DNA from: a bacterium
GTDB lineage: Bacteria > Patescibacteriota > Saccharimonadia > Saccharimonadales > AWTP1-31
Length of the DNA: 64,000 bases
Direction of reading: 5' to 3'
NCBI GenBank assembly: GCA_030426125.1
Contig: JAUHZB010000001.1
Coordinates: forward strand, 158,583 to 222,582
Part shown: positions 18,277 through 28,200 of the stretch, in pieces
Position numbering within the stretch: the first letter of the stretch is position 1
Layout of the letters: each line of letters opens with the position of its first letter
Made by a program: the position numbers and the translations under genes
The notes under the pieces: model-generated
What the model was told of the DNA's origin: nothing
What the model saw: the letters and a program-made list of their open reading frames with translations, nothing else
Database searches by the model: none

Positions 18277-18717
18277 ATGGTTGAAAGAATAAAACAGCTA
18301 CTTAAATCTCCTGAACTCTACGATAGTCGGGTACTTGGTTTAATCGCTTTTGGGATTGTGGCCCTGCTGGTTAGTTGGAGTAGTATTAAATCGATTCAGA
18401 CTAATTACGAATTACAGAAACAAATTTCGGTTCAGAAACAACAAAACGAGGTCCAACAACTTGAAAACGACAACATCAGGCTTCGGAACGAATATTACGA
18501 AACTGATCAATTTTTAGAATTATCTGCTAGGCGACAGTTTGGTTTGGCGGCTCCCGGAGAGACGGTCTATATAGTTCCAAAGGATGTGGCGCTAGCAAAC
18601 ATTGTCGATAGTGACCAGGAGCAACCTAGTAAGCAAGACAAAGAACTAGATAAGCCTTTTTACCAAGAAAATCTGGAAGCTTGGTTTAACTTCTTCTTAA
18701 GAAAATCGGATAGTTAA
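18277..18717 (+). CDS. ftsB: Septum formation initiator family protein (FtsB/DivIC-like)
   Basis: Single TM, then a coiled coil (QKQQNEVQQLENDNIRLRNEY), then the conserved ELSARRQFGLAAPGETVY tail. Confidence 0.7.
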   Translation: MVERIKQLLKSPELYDSRVLGLIAFGIVALLVSWSSIKSIQTNYELQKQISVQKQQNEVQQLENDNIRLRNEYYETDQFLELSARRQFGLAAPGETVYIVPKDVALANIVDSDQEQPSKQDKELDKPFYQENLEAWFNFFLRKSDS

Positions 18718-18719
18718 AA

Positions 18720-18968
18720 TTAGCGAACTTTGGTAATTAGCTTTAAGTTAGCTAAGTAATGATCGTGATCTACGCTTGGATGGCTATTTAGGTAGCTCAT
18801 GTGTTTATCTACAAATGGTATCTTATTATCCGGATATTCTTCACTATTGGCGGTATAGCTAGGCTGAGTGTTATAGCGAGAATCTTTTAACATATCTAGA
18901 AGTACTTTTTTTATCTTGGCTGCTTCTTCAGAAGCATAGAAAGCAATGGTGCGTTTTGTAGATGCCAT
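18720..18968 (-). CDS. Small hypothetical protein
   Basis: 82-aa ORF with SD GGAGAA upstream. Confidence 0.5.
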   Translation of the reverse strand: MASTKRTIAFYASEEAAKIKKVLLDMLKDSRYNTQPSYTANSEEYPDNKIPFVDKHMSYLNSHPSVDHDHYLANLKLITKVR

Positions 18969-19207
18969 TTTAGTTCTCCATAACCTTATTACCAGGCAGT
19001 GAAGCCTGTTGTTGGATTTTGTATTTTGGCATAAAACTCCATTCCATTTCTGCGAAAATTTATAGTGTTTGTAGCAGAAATATATTAACTAGAAATACTA
19101 AGCTAGTTAGCATTTAACTTCTCTCAGTATACACTATTTGGCGACATAGTTCCAGTATTGTGTGCTTGTTGTTTGGTTTAGTAGAGTGATGTTATATACT
19201 TTCTCTG

Positions 19208-19648
19208 ATGAGTAAAGCAGTAAGAGCCATAATTATGACCGATAGTCATATACTAGTGATGTATCGCAATAAACAGGGAAGCAAGTACTTTACTTTAGTT
19301 GGTGGTGGAATAGATGAAGGCGAATCGCCAGAAGAAGCTTTAGTGCGTGAAGTACGCGAAGAAACCGGACTTCAAGTAACTAGCCACGAGCTAGTCTATA
19401 TTGAAGAAAATGCCAAACCCTATGCTGATCAATTCATCTACTTATGCCAAGTAGAGTCCTATACCAAAGTAGCTTTAGATGAATTGTCTGAGGAGGCAGT
19501 ATTAAATAAATACGGAATGAATACCCATGCACCGATGTGGGTCAATAAGACCGGCTTTAAGAACTTAGCTTTCCGGACACCTGCCTTGCAGCAGGCTATT
19601 GTAAAAGCCTTTAAAGACGGTTTTCCGCCACAGCCAGTGGAACTCTAA
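19208..19648 (+). CDS. NUDIX hydrolase
   Basis: Nudix box GGGIDEGESPEEALVREVREETGL. Confidence 0.85.
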   Translation: MSKAVRAIIMTDSHILVMYRNKQGSKYFTLVGGGIDEGESPEEALVREVREETGLQVTSHELVYIEENAKPYADQFIYLCQVESYTKVALDELSEEAVLNKYGMNTHAPMWVNKTGFKNLAFRTPALQQAIVKAFKDGFPPQPVEL

Positions 19649-19684
19649 TTACTGCCTTAGGTTATCTGAGTTGGTTTTTTTTAA

Positions 19685-20446
19685 TTACGCCTCAATAAAT
19701 TGGTGGAGATAGATAGTAGCGAAGCTAACGATTAAGATACCTAGGATTAGGAATATGGTTTGTGGTCCAGCGATAACTTTCTCTTCTTTTTTATGGATGC
19801 TAGGGATGATGTCACTAACAGCAATATATATAAAGAAACCAGCTACTAGACCGAGCACAATGTCCAAGGACATCTCGTAGTTCTCTCCTATAGTGAAAAA
19901 TAGAATGGCTGCTACAGTTGTAGCTAGGGCGCTGAACAGGTTTACTAGCAGCACTTTACCGCGCTTCATGCCCTTACTAAGAAGTAGACCAAAGTCACCA
20001 ATTTCTTGAGGTATTTCGTGAGCTGCCACTGCTAGAGTAACTACAATACCAGTTGAAGGACTGACTAAGAAGCCTGCTGCAATAGCAATACCATCTATAA
20101 AATTATGGATAGTATCACCAATTACAATTAAAGGTATTTCCGGACTACTCTTTTTATCTACTTCTTCGTGGTGATGGTGAAACCAGCGTAAGAATCTTTC
20201 CAATAGGAAGAACAGAACAATACCAATAAGAGTAAAGTTTAGGGCTTTTTCGATGTCTCCTTCATGGGCTGCTTCTTGGAGTAGGTCTACGAAAGCAGCT
20301 GCCAGCAAGGCTCCGGCAGCAAACGGTGTAGCGTATTCAGTTAAGCGGTTGGCTCTTTTTTTGTTGGCCAGTAACAATACTCCACCGATTAGGGAAATCA
20401 CCCCACCAATTAGCGAGAAAAATATAACTTGGTATAGATTAGACAT
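19685..20446 (-). CDS. zupT: ZIP family metal (zinc) transporter
   Basis: Motifs HNFIDGIAIAAGF and HEIPQEIGDFGLL, plus an internal His-rich loop HHHHEE. Confidence 0.85.
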   Translation of the reverse strand: MSNLYQVIFFSLIGGVISLIGGVLLLANKKRANRLTEYATPFAAGALLAAAFVDLLQEAAHEGDIEKALNFTLIGIVLFFLLERFLRWFHHHHEEVDKKSSPEIPLIVIGDTIHNFIDGIAIAAGFLVSPSTGIVVTLAVAAHEIPQEIGDFGLLLSKGMKRGKVLLVNLFSALATTVAAILFFTIGENYEMSLDIVLGLVAGFFIYIAVSDIIPSIHKKEEKVIAGPQTIFLILGILIVSFATIYLHQFIEA

Positions 20447-20509
20447 TTAGTTCCTTTTATTACAATCTTTTAAACAATAATAACAGATATAACTACAATA
20501 ACAATTGTA

Positions 20510-22144
20510 TTATTTTACAGCTATATCTCGGCGTTTGAAGATAAACAGTGCTAGCAAAGTTAAGGTAACAGCTAGCAGGCTCATTACGATCAACGGTTTA
20601 GAATCGAAACTGCTACTTGGGTATCCAGGAGTATGGGTGAATGGTGAGAAGTTAACAGTCCACTGCGGCCATTTAAATATTCCAGCGAATGAGGAAATTA
20701 GCACGCAGTAACCATAGAATATCCAGGCAAAAGCTTTGACTGAAATGCTTAGTGCCGAGTAAGCCAGCAAGATAACGGCCATGAATAATAGCATGGCTGG
20801 AATACTAACGAGGGCCGAAATTAGGATATCGTTGAATCGGCTATCTAGAGTACTAGAAGCAAAGGCGTAGCCAAGACCACCGGCAAGACCCATTAAGGCT
20901 AGATTTACGATAACCCCAGCTGAAGTCAGGCTTACGTGGCTCATAAACCATTTACTTCGACTTAGAGCGGTACCAAGTAGTGACTCAATCCGACCTGACG
21001 ATTCTTCATCTTGCATCTTAGCCATAGCAGTCACTACGTAACCTGCCAGCATTGCGGCGATTAATGGGAACATGGTGGAGATCATAATATCTAAGAAGTC
21101 ACCGTTATTGCCGGGAGAAGAAGCTATAAATTCTTGCAAGACATCAGACCCTTCAAATACTTCACGGAAATCGTTGGCCATAACGGCCATAACACCGCCA
21201 AAAATGATGAAGCCGATACTCCAACCAATAAAGCCGGTTGACTGTAGCCTAATGGCTAGCCCCCTGGCGCTAAGTAGGCTTGGTTTAGCTCGAGCCGGGC
21301 CTTGCCGGGATGCAAAGATACTGGAACCAATATCTCGCTTACTAAGTACATAGAATGCTGCCGTAAGGCAAAGTACAGTTGAAGCAATTAGCAATAGTAT
21401 CGGAAGGTTGCGATTGCCGTTGTAGGGAAGGACTTGATAGCCCCAGCCGATTGGCGAAAGCCAAGTTAGCCAGTTGGCCGTAACTGTCAGTCCATCAGCA
21501 CTAATTTTACCCAGTGAATCACCTAGAGCTCTTAGTACAAAAAAGCCGATAAGACTAGCAATAGCTAGACCATTTGATCCTCTTCGATAATCACTTAACT
21601 GGCTAGTGATAGCGCTTACGGAGGCGAAGAAGATACCGACTAATCCAAGCGACAGTGCAAAGTAGGCCGAACCTGTTGTGTTCAGTTCCTTAACTTGCGA
21701 TAAAGCTCCGAAGATAATTAGAGACAAGACTATGTTCATGCCAATAGCTACCATAAGAGCGGCACTCAAAGGGGCGCTTCGACTAACTACTCCAGATCCT
21801 ATAAGCTCACCAGCCCCAGTTTCTTCGTTATACCTAGTGTGGCGTGAAACTAGAAAGATACTGGCAATAGCCATAATAATAGCCGTAAAGATAAACAGTT
21901 CAGCCATCATAATAGTTCCCAGGTTTGCGCCACTGACAGTGCCTTGGAAGACTCGACCAATAGTGCTGGGTGCTGACGAAGAAACGTATGCTAGTTTTGC
22001 TTCTTGATCAGGATAGGCGGCAATAAGTGAAGGAGCGCTACCGGCGGTCATGGCAACTAACAGTAGAATAGTTATCGGCAGAACAATCCGGTCACGTCGC
22101 AGAGCTAAACGAACTAATCGCCAAGTACCTTTCAGTGACGTCAT
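20510..22144 (-). CDS. ABC exporter permease (large 12-TM ABC-2-like)
   Basis: 544 aa and polytopic. Directly abuts the upstream ATPase gene (stop and start adjacent at 22144/22145). Confidence 0.7.
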   Translation of the reverse strand: MTSLKGTWRLVRLALRRDRIVLPITILLLVAMTAGSAPSLIAAYPDQEAKLAYVSSSAPSTIGRVFQGTVSGANLGTIMMAELFIFTAIIMAIASIFLVSRHTRYNEETGAGELIGSGVVSRSAPLSAALMVAIGMNIVLSLIIFGALSQVKELNTTGSAYFALSLGLVGIFFASVSAITSQLSDYRRGSNGLAIASLIGFFVLRALGDSLGKISADGLTVTANWLTWLSPIGWGYQVLPYNGNRNLPILLLIASTVLCLTAAFYVLSKRDIGSSIFASRQGPARAKPSLLSARGLAIRLQSTGFIGWSIGFIIFGGVMAVMANDFREVFEGSDVLQEFIASSPGNNGDFLDIMISTMFPLIAAMLAGYVVTAMAKMQDEESSGRIESLLGTALSRSKWFMSHVSLTSAGVIVNLALMGLAGGLGYAFASSTLDSRFNDILISALVSIPAMLLFMAVILLAYSALSISVKAFAWIFYGYCVLISSFAGIFKWPQWTVNFSPFTHTPGYPSSSFDSKPLIVMSLLAVTLTLLALFIFKRRDIAVK

Positions 22145-23053
22145 TTAGGACCTCTTAGAATTATTGTCTTGGTAATACTGTAGGAATAATTCTTCTAGTT
22201 GTGGCGGGTGGCTAGTAATCTGTTTCAGCTCTAATTTGGCCAGTGAGTTCATTACCGTTTGTAGGTGTTCTGGTTCAACGTCGAAGGTTGTGGTTTGGTC
22301 TTTAACTTTGAGGTTGTGTACCCCCTTGATTTTGGATAAGCCAGTAGTTGCTTTCTTAGCTTCTATGGTGAATTTAGTCCGGTGTAGTTTTTGAATGTTA
22401 CTTAACTCACCAGATTCCACAGTTGAACCTTCCCGAATGATAGTTACGCGGTCACACAGTGATTCTACTTCGGCTAAGATATGTGAAGAAAGAAGCACTG
22501 TTTTACCGGCTTCTTTTAATTCTTTAATGTAATTTTGGAAAACTACTTCAAGTAATGGATCTAGACCAGAAGTTGGTTCATCGAGTATATATAGCTCAAC
22601 ATCTGAGGCTAGGGCAGCGATTAAAGCAACTTTCTGACGGTTACCTTTAGAGTAGGTCCTGAACTTCTTTTTAGGATCTAAACTGAACTTATCTATTAGT
22701 TCTTTACGTTTAGCTTCATCAATTCCGCCACGCAGGTCAGCTAGCAGATCAATAGCTTCACCACCAGTTAAGTTTGACCACAGATTAACATCACCGGGTA
22801 CGTAAGCTAGTCGCTTGTGTAGCTCTACTGAATTGCCCCAGGGTTCACTGCCTAAGATACACACATCCCCAGAAGATTTTTTTAGCAACCCCAGGAGTAT
22901 TCGTATGGTAGTCGATTTACCAGAACCGTTGGGTCCCAGGAAGCCATGAACTTCACCTTTTTTAACTTCCAGGTTTAGTTTATTAAGCGCTCTAAATTTA
23001 CCAAAATCTTTGGTTAAATTTTTTATTTCTATGACGTTTTCGGTTTTTTCCAT
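22145..23053 (-). CDS. ABC transporter ATP-binding protein
   Basis: Walker A GPNGSGKST, signature YSKGNRQK, Walker B LYILDEPTSGLD. Confidence 0.9.
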   Translation of the reverse strand: MEKTENVIEIKNLTKDFGKFRALNKLNLEVKKGEVHGFLGPNGSGKSTTIRILLGLLKKSSGDVCILGSEPWGNSVELHKRLAYVPGDVNLWSNLTGGEAIDLLADLRGGIDEAKRKELIDKFSLDPKKKFRTYSKGNRQKVALIAALASDVELYILDEPTSGLDPLLEVVFQNYIKELKEAGKTVLLSSHILAEVESLCDRVTIIREGSTVESGELSNIQKLHRTKFTIEAKKATTGLSKIKGVHNLKVKDQTTTFDVEPEHLQTVMNSLAKLELKQITSHPPQLEELFLQYYQDNNSKRS

Positions 23054-23215
23054 GACTTTTAGTATGACCTAAAAACAGAAAATTATAAAGCTAGCTGATG
23101 GGTATGTTGTTGAAGTAGATGAGCTTACTAGATATCTCAATAGTTTTGGGAAAGAAACCATTAGTGGTTAAATATAGAGGTTAAATAATGTATAAAATAT
23201 ATTAACTAAGCTCAT

Positions 23216-24430
23216 ATGGTAGAAAACAAAGTAAACAAAAAAACCGAAACTAAAGAAGACAAAAGAGTAGTTATTGTTGGCGGTGGTTTCGCTGGCGTTA
23301 AAGCGGCGGTAGAACTGGCCAACCAAGAAGGCTTTAAAGTTCGCTTAATTAGTCCGGGTAGTTACTTCGAGTACCATGCTGCTCTGTATCGATCGGCCAC
23401 TGGTCGTTCACCGCTAGAAGTAGCTATTCCGCTTCAAGATTTCTTTAAGTATGCAAAAAACGTTGAAGTTATTGAAGATGAAGTTATTGAGCTAGATAAA
23501 GAAAAAAAGGTAGTCAACGGGAAATCTGGATCACATTATTACTATGATGAGTTGTTGCTAGCAATAGGTAGTGTTACGGGCTACTTTAATATTCCCGGTG
23601 TCGAGAAATATTCTTTTGGCGTAAAGAGTGTTGATCAGGCCCTAAAATTAAAAGAACACTTGCACGCAAATCTACATAAAGGTAACTATGAGCATTCGTA
23701 CGTTGTGGTTGGCGGTGGGCCGACTGGCGTAGAGTTGGCTGCTGAGATGGCCAGTTATCTAAAATTTGTCGCCAAACGTCATAAAGTTTCTGCCAAACAA
23801 TTCAAGATCTATTTAATAGAAGCTGGCCCTAAAGTGCTTGGCGCCTTGCCCGCTAGTTTTACAGATAAAATAGAGAAAAGGTTAAAAGACTTAGGTATAA
23901 AGTTGTATTTAAATACGGCTGTTAAGTCGGAGACTAAAGACTATATAAACTTACCTAAAGAAAAGATTAAATCGCATACTGTGATTTGGACAGCTGGGGT
24001 TCAGCCCAATCCATTCTTCGCAAACAATGAGATTGCACTAACAAAGAGAGGGAAAGTAGAAGTAAACGAATTTTTGGAAGAGAGCCCACATGTTTATGTA
24101 TTAGGAGATTGTGCTAATACTAAATATAGCGGAATGGCTCAAACAGCCATTCATGATGCAAAATTCGTGGTTAGGAATTTACTACGTCAGAAAAACCAAC
24201 AAAGCAGGCGTGTATATAAGCCAAAGAAACCAGCCTATGCCATTCCGGTAGGGGCTCGCTGGGCGGCAGTACTGCAGGGTAGAAAGACTTATTATGGTAG
24301 AGCTGGTTGGGCGAAGCGGAGAATGTATGATATGAAGCTGTACAAAAGTTTTTTGCCAGTCGAAAAAGCTCTTATTACTTGGAAATACGGTTACCAGAAG
24401 TTTGAAGTTTGTCCGGAATGTAAACAGTAA
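23216..24430 (+). CDS. ndh: Type II NADH dehydrogenase-like FAD-dependent oxidoreductase
   Basis: Two dinucleotide-binding motifs, VVIVGGGFAGV and VVVGGGPTGVE, plus a GDCA motif. Confidence 0.8.
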   Translation: MVENKVNKKTETKEDKRVVIVGGGFAGVKAAVELANQEGFKVRLISPGSYFEYHAALYRSATGRSPLEVAIPLQDFFKYAKNVEVIEDEVIELDKEKKVVNGKSGSHYYYDELLLAIGSVTGYFNIPGVEKYSFGVKSVDQALKLKEHLHANLHKGNYEHSYVVVGGGPTGVELAAEMASYLKFVAKRHKVSAKQFKIYLIEAGPKVLGALPASFTDKIEKRLKDLGIKLYLNTAVKSETKDYINLPKEKIKSHTVIWTAGVQPNPFFANNEIALTKRGKVEVNEFLEESPHVYVLGDCANTKYSGMAQTAIHDAKFVVRNLLRQKNQQSRRVYKPKKPAYAIPVGARWAAVLQGRKTYYGRAGWAKRRMYDMKLYKSFLPVEKALITWKYGYQKFEVCPECKQ

Positions 24431-24435
24431 TTGTA

Positions 24436-25041
24436 CTACATAGAGGTCATTAATAGATCGGCAATCTGTCTGCTGGCACTGTGGTTTACTTCCTCGATTG
24501 AACCTGTGGCGTCGATAATTATAGCGCCCATATCATTACATATTTCGAGGTATTGCTCATGCACCCGCTGTTGAAACTCTAAGCCTTTACTTTCATAGTA
24601 GTCTTTATGGATACCACTTCGCTCAGCTAAGACTTCTGGTGGTGCACTAAGTAGCAGGAGTAGATCTGGTTGGAATCTTTCTCCGGCTACAATTTTACTG
24701 ACAGCTTTTATATCTTCTGTGTCAGCTCCACAGGCCCCTTGATAGGCGACACCGGAAATCCAACTTCGATCGGATATTACATTTAGACCGGCTTCAATTT
24801 TCGGATTCACAACTGTATCTAAAAGCTCTGCTCTAGCTGCGGCATGAAGCATTGTCTGGGTATTGGTTGATGGATCTACGTCTGGATCTAGTAGTAGTGA
24901 GCGAATGCGTTCACCGATTATTGTTCCTCCAGGTTCGCGAACCGGGTGCAAGCCAAATTCGTCGGCCAGGAGTTCAGTCTGTGTGGACTTTCCAACATTG
25001 TCGCCACCCTCCAGTACTATATACATTCCTCTTTCGCTCAT
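24436..25041 (-). CDS. tmk: Thymidylate kinase
   Basis: P-loop IVLEGGDNVGKSTQ, and DRSWISGVAYQG matching the DR(Y/H) region. Confidence 0.9.
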   Translation of the reverse strand: MSERGMYIVLEGGDNVGKSTQTELLADEFGLHPVREPGGTIIGERIRSLLLDPDVDPSTNTQTMLHAAARAELLDTVVNPKIEAGLNVISDRSWISGVAYQGACGADTEDIKAVSKIVAGERFQPDLLLLLSAPPEVLAERSGIHKDYYESKGLEFQQRVHEQYLEICNDMGAIIIDATGSIEEVNHSASRQIADLLMTSM

Positions 25042-25233
25042 AACTTCCTCTATTAGATTAAAAATAACGGAGTATGGTAATCACGAGGGGTTACCGGCCT
25101 CCGTTTGTTGGTATAATAATGCACTAATTGTTGAAAATATGCAAGTGATAGATACTGCTAAATCTAAAATATTACCCATACTAATTAAAATTGTAGTATT
25201 ATAAGCATAAGATTAATAAAAGGAGTCAGCGCT

Positions 25234-28200
25234 TTGGATTTTGCGAGCCATGCGGTGTTTAAAAAGAAAAATATTATTTTAACTGTGGTGCTAGGAGTTC
25301 TCCTAGCAGCTATTGGAGTCTTTGTTGGTAGGTTAAGTTCACCTGTTAGTGCCTTTAGTGGTGAGGGCTTAGGTCTTAGTTACAGCCCCTTTGTTATTAC
25401 AGATTGTAGTGAGCTTCAGGAAATAGCTGATGATCTGGATGCCTTTTATATTCTTGGTGGTGACATCGATTGTAGTGGTTCTGGTGCTTGGAATACTGGG
25501 TCTGGATTTGTCCCTGTTGATAATTTCACAGGAACCTTAGATGGACGAAACTACACAATTGATGACTTAACAATGGATAGGGATACTGAGGATCATAATG
25601 GTCTGTTTGGAGATAACCTAAGTGGTACAGTAAGAAATATATACTTCACAAATATAGATATAACTGCCGATGGAGCTGGCGCTGAATATACAGGTGGTCT
25701 AGTTGGAACCGCAGATGGAGCAACAATTTCGGACGTCCATGTTAGCGGGGAAGTGACCGCCACAACTTTGATGGGTGGCTTTGCTGGATCGCTCGAGGGT
25801 GGAACGACTGTAACCCGAAGTTCATTCACAGGCGATGCAACTGATACGCAGTCATATGGTGGTGGTTTTGTCAGTTTCGTAATTGATTCCACTATTAGCG
25901 ATAGCTATGCCGATGGTAATTATGTTGGCGAAAACGTCGGTGGTGGTTTTGCTTCTAGACTAATAGCAAATGACGGTGGGACAACAATAGTAGAAAATTC
26001 ATACTTTAATGGAGAAGTTGTAAATGATAATTATCGAGCTAGCTTTATCTCTGATCTTGATGAGTATGACTCTGGAGAGGTGTACGTTAGAGACAGCTTT
26101 GTAGTGGCTAGCGGTAGCGCAGATGGCGGTGAGTATACGGCTACCAGACCATTTGCCCAATCTTCTGGAACACCAACAGTTGCTAATTTCTATTTCGATG
26201 AATCGGCAGCTCTTACAGATGATTGTGGCTCAGGCTTTAGCTGTACAGCCGTTAACGGGGATGGTTTGGAGGACATTTACTATATAAATACTAGCACTCC
26301 TGCTCCGCTTGATGAATGGGATTTTACAAATGACTGGGAGACACAGGCCGATCAATTTCCGCAACTAAGAACTGGAGATTTAGTTGACTTAGGGATAACT
26401 GAGTTTGTAGACGGGGATGGAACTGAAGGTGATCCTTACCAGATTAATAGCTGTGTGCAACTACAGGCAATGCGTCAAGATCCAGATGCTGACTTTGTAG
26501 TCATTAGTGATATTGACTGCAGTGATACTGTCAATTGGAACGAAGGTGCTGGTTTTGAACCGGTAGGAACCGATATAGAATTTAGTGGAAATTTTGATGG
26601 TGGTGAATTTAGCATTTCCGATCTTTTTATAGATCGAGAAGAGACAGATAACGTTGGTCTATTCGCGAGTGTAATAGGCGGTGAAGTAAAAGACGTAAAC
26701 CTAGTTGACGTAGATGTTACCGGAAACGATAAAGTTGGTGGTATTGTTGGACTACTAGATACTGGCAGTTTGTTTGGCTCAAGTGCATCAGGATCGGTGG
26801 CTGGAGACTCTTCAATCGGTGGACTAGTTGGTAGCTTTGATGACGATGGTGACAGCGATAACTACATTTACTCTTCAAGTTCATCGGTTGATGTTACCGG
26901 TAGTGGTGGTTTAATTGGGGGTGCTGTTGGTGCAACACTCGGAGATCTAGAGAATATGTCAGCAACTGGAGATGTTACTGGTAGTGGTGGTGTAGGCGGA
27001 TTGTTGGGTGGGAACTCTGCACTCGGTGCTGGTGAATATTCGGTTTCAGAATCTTATGCTACTGGAAATGTAACCGAGACAGGAATAGATCTCGGTGAAC
27101 TGGGTAATATGGGTTTTGGTGGACTGGTTGGTGTGGCAACTTATGTGTATATCTCCGAATCTTACGCTACAGGTGATGTTACGGCTGAAACTGGTGATGG
27201 AGTTGGTGGTTTGCTCGGCGTTGGTATAGTAGCGCTTGACTTTACCTATGCTACTGGTGATGTGGTCGGTAATGACATGGTTGGTGGTAACAGTGGCTAT
27301 CTATCCTGCGCGGATGCCACTACTGAGATTTCGTTTTCCACAGGTGACGCAACTGGTGTAGATAATGTCGGTGGTTTTGTCGGTCTAGCAGAGGACAGCT
27401 GTACCTTTAGGGATGTATACAGTACCAGCGCTGTAACAAGTCAGGGTACGGGTGGTGGTTTTGCTGCTACCGTTGATGGTGTAGATATTTCTGATTCTTA
27501 CGCAGCCGGTGTGCTTTCAGCCGATACTGCCGGCGGATTTGTAGCTGTTAATAATGGAGAGAGTAGTGTAACTAATTCTTTCTGGGACTCAGAACTTTCC
27601 GGTGTTAGTGAATCTGATGGAGGAACTGCAAAAACTTCCAGCCAGATGAAAAGCATAGCCACCTATACTACCGAACTAGGTGAAGATCCTTGGGACTTTA
27701 TAGAAGTTTGGTCAATGTCTGGGGCTACTAATAATGGTTACCCCTGTCAACAGTGGGTTGAAGTATCCTGTGCGGTCATTGAATCTGAGGCAAACGTGGT
27801 TAACATCAGTAATTGCCAGCAGTTATTTGCGATTACTGGAGACAATAGATTTGACACTATTCGTCTGACAAAAAACATAGATTGTAGTGGTGTATCTGCA
27901 AGTAGCTTGTTTAGTCAAGCAGACCCATTCCGTGGTACTTTCAACGGCAATTTCTACACTATAAGCAATGTCTTGCTTGATGAAACAGACAACAGCGACG
28001 TTGGAATCATTTCGGCAGCTAATAGCGCTACAATTAAAAATGTAAACTTGAATAATATTGAAGTATTGGGTAGTTTGGACGTCGGTACGATTCTTGGTGA
28101 TGCTATGAATGATGTTACCTTATCGAATATTCACGCTAGCAATATTGATATAACGGTAGCAGATAATGGTGATGAGAGTGGATATGTCGGTGGCCTGGTT

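Noticed and set aside
24863-25204. 113-aa plus-strand ORF bridging tmk and the upstream spacer
   Set aside because: Most of it is antisense to tmk. The remainder crosses the hairpin and promoter region, and it has no family signal.
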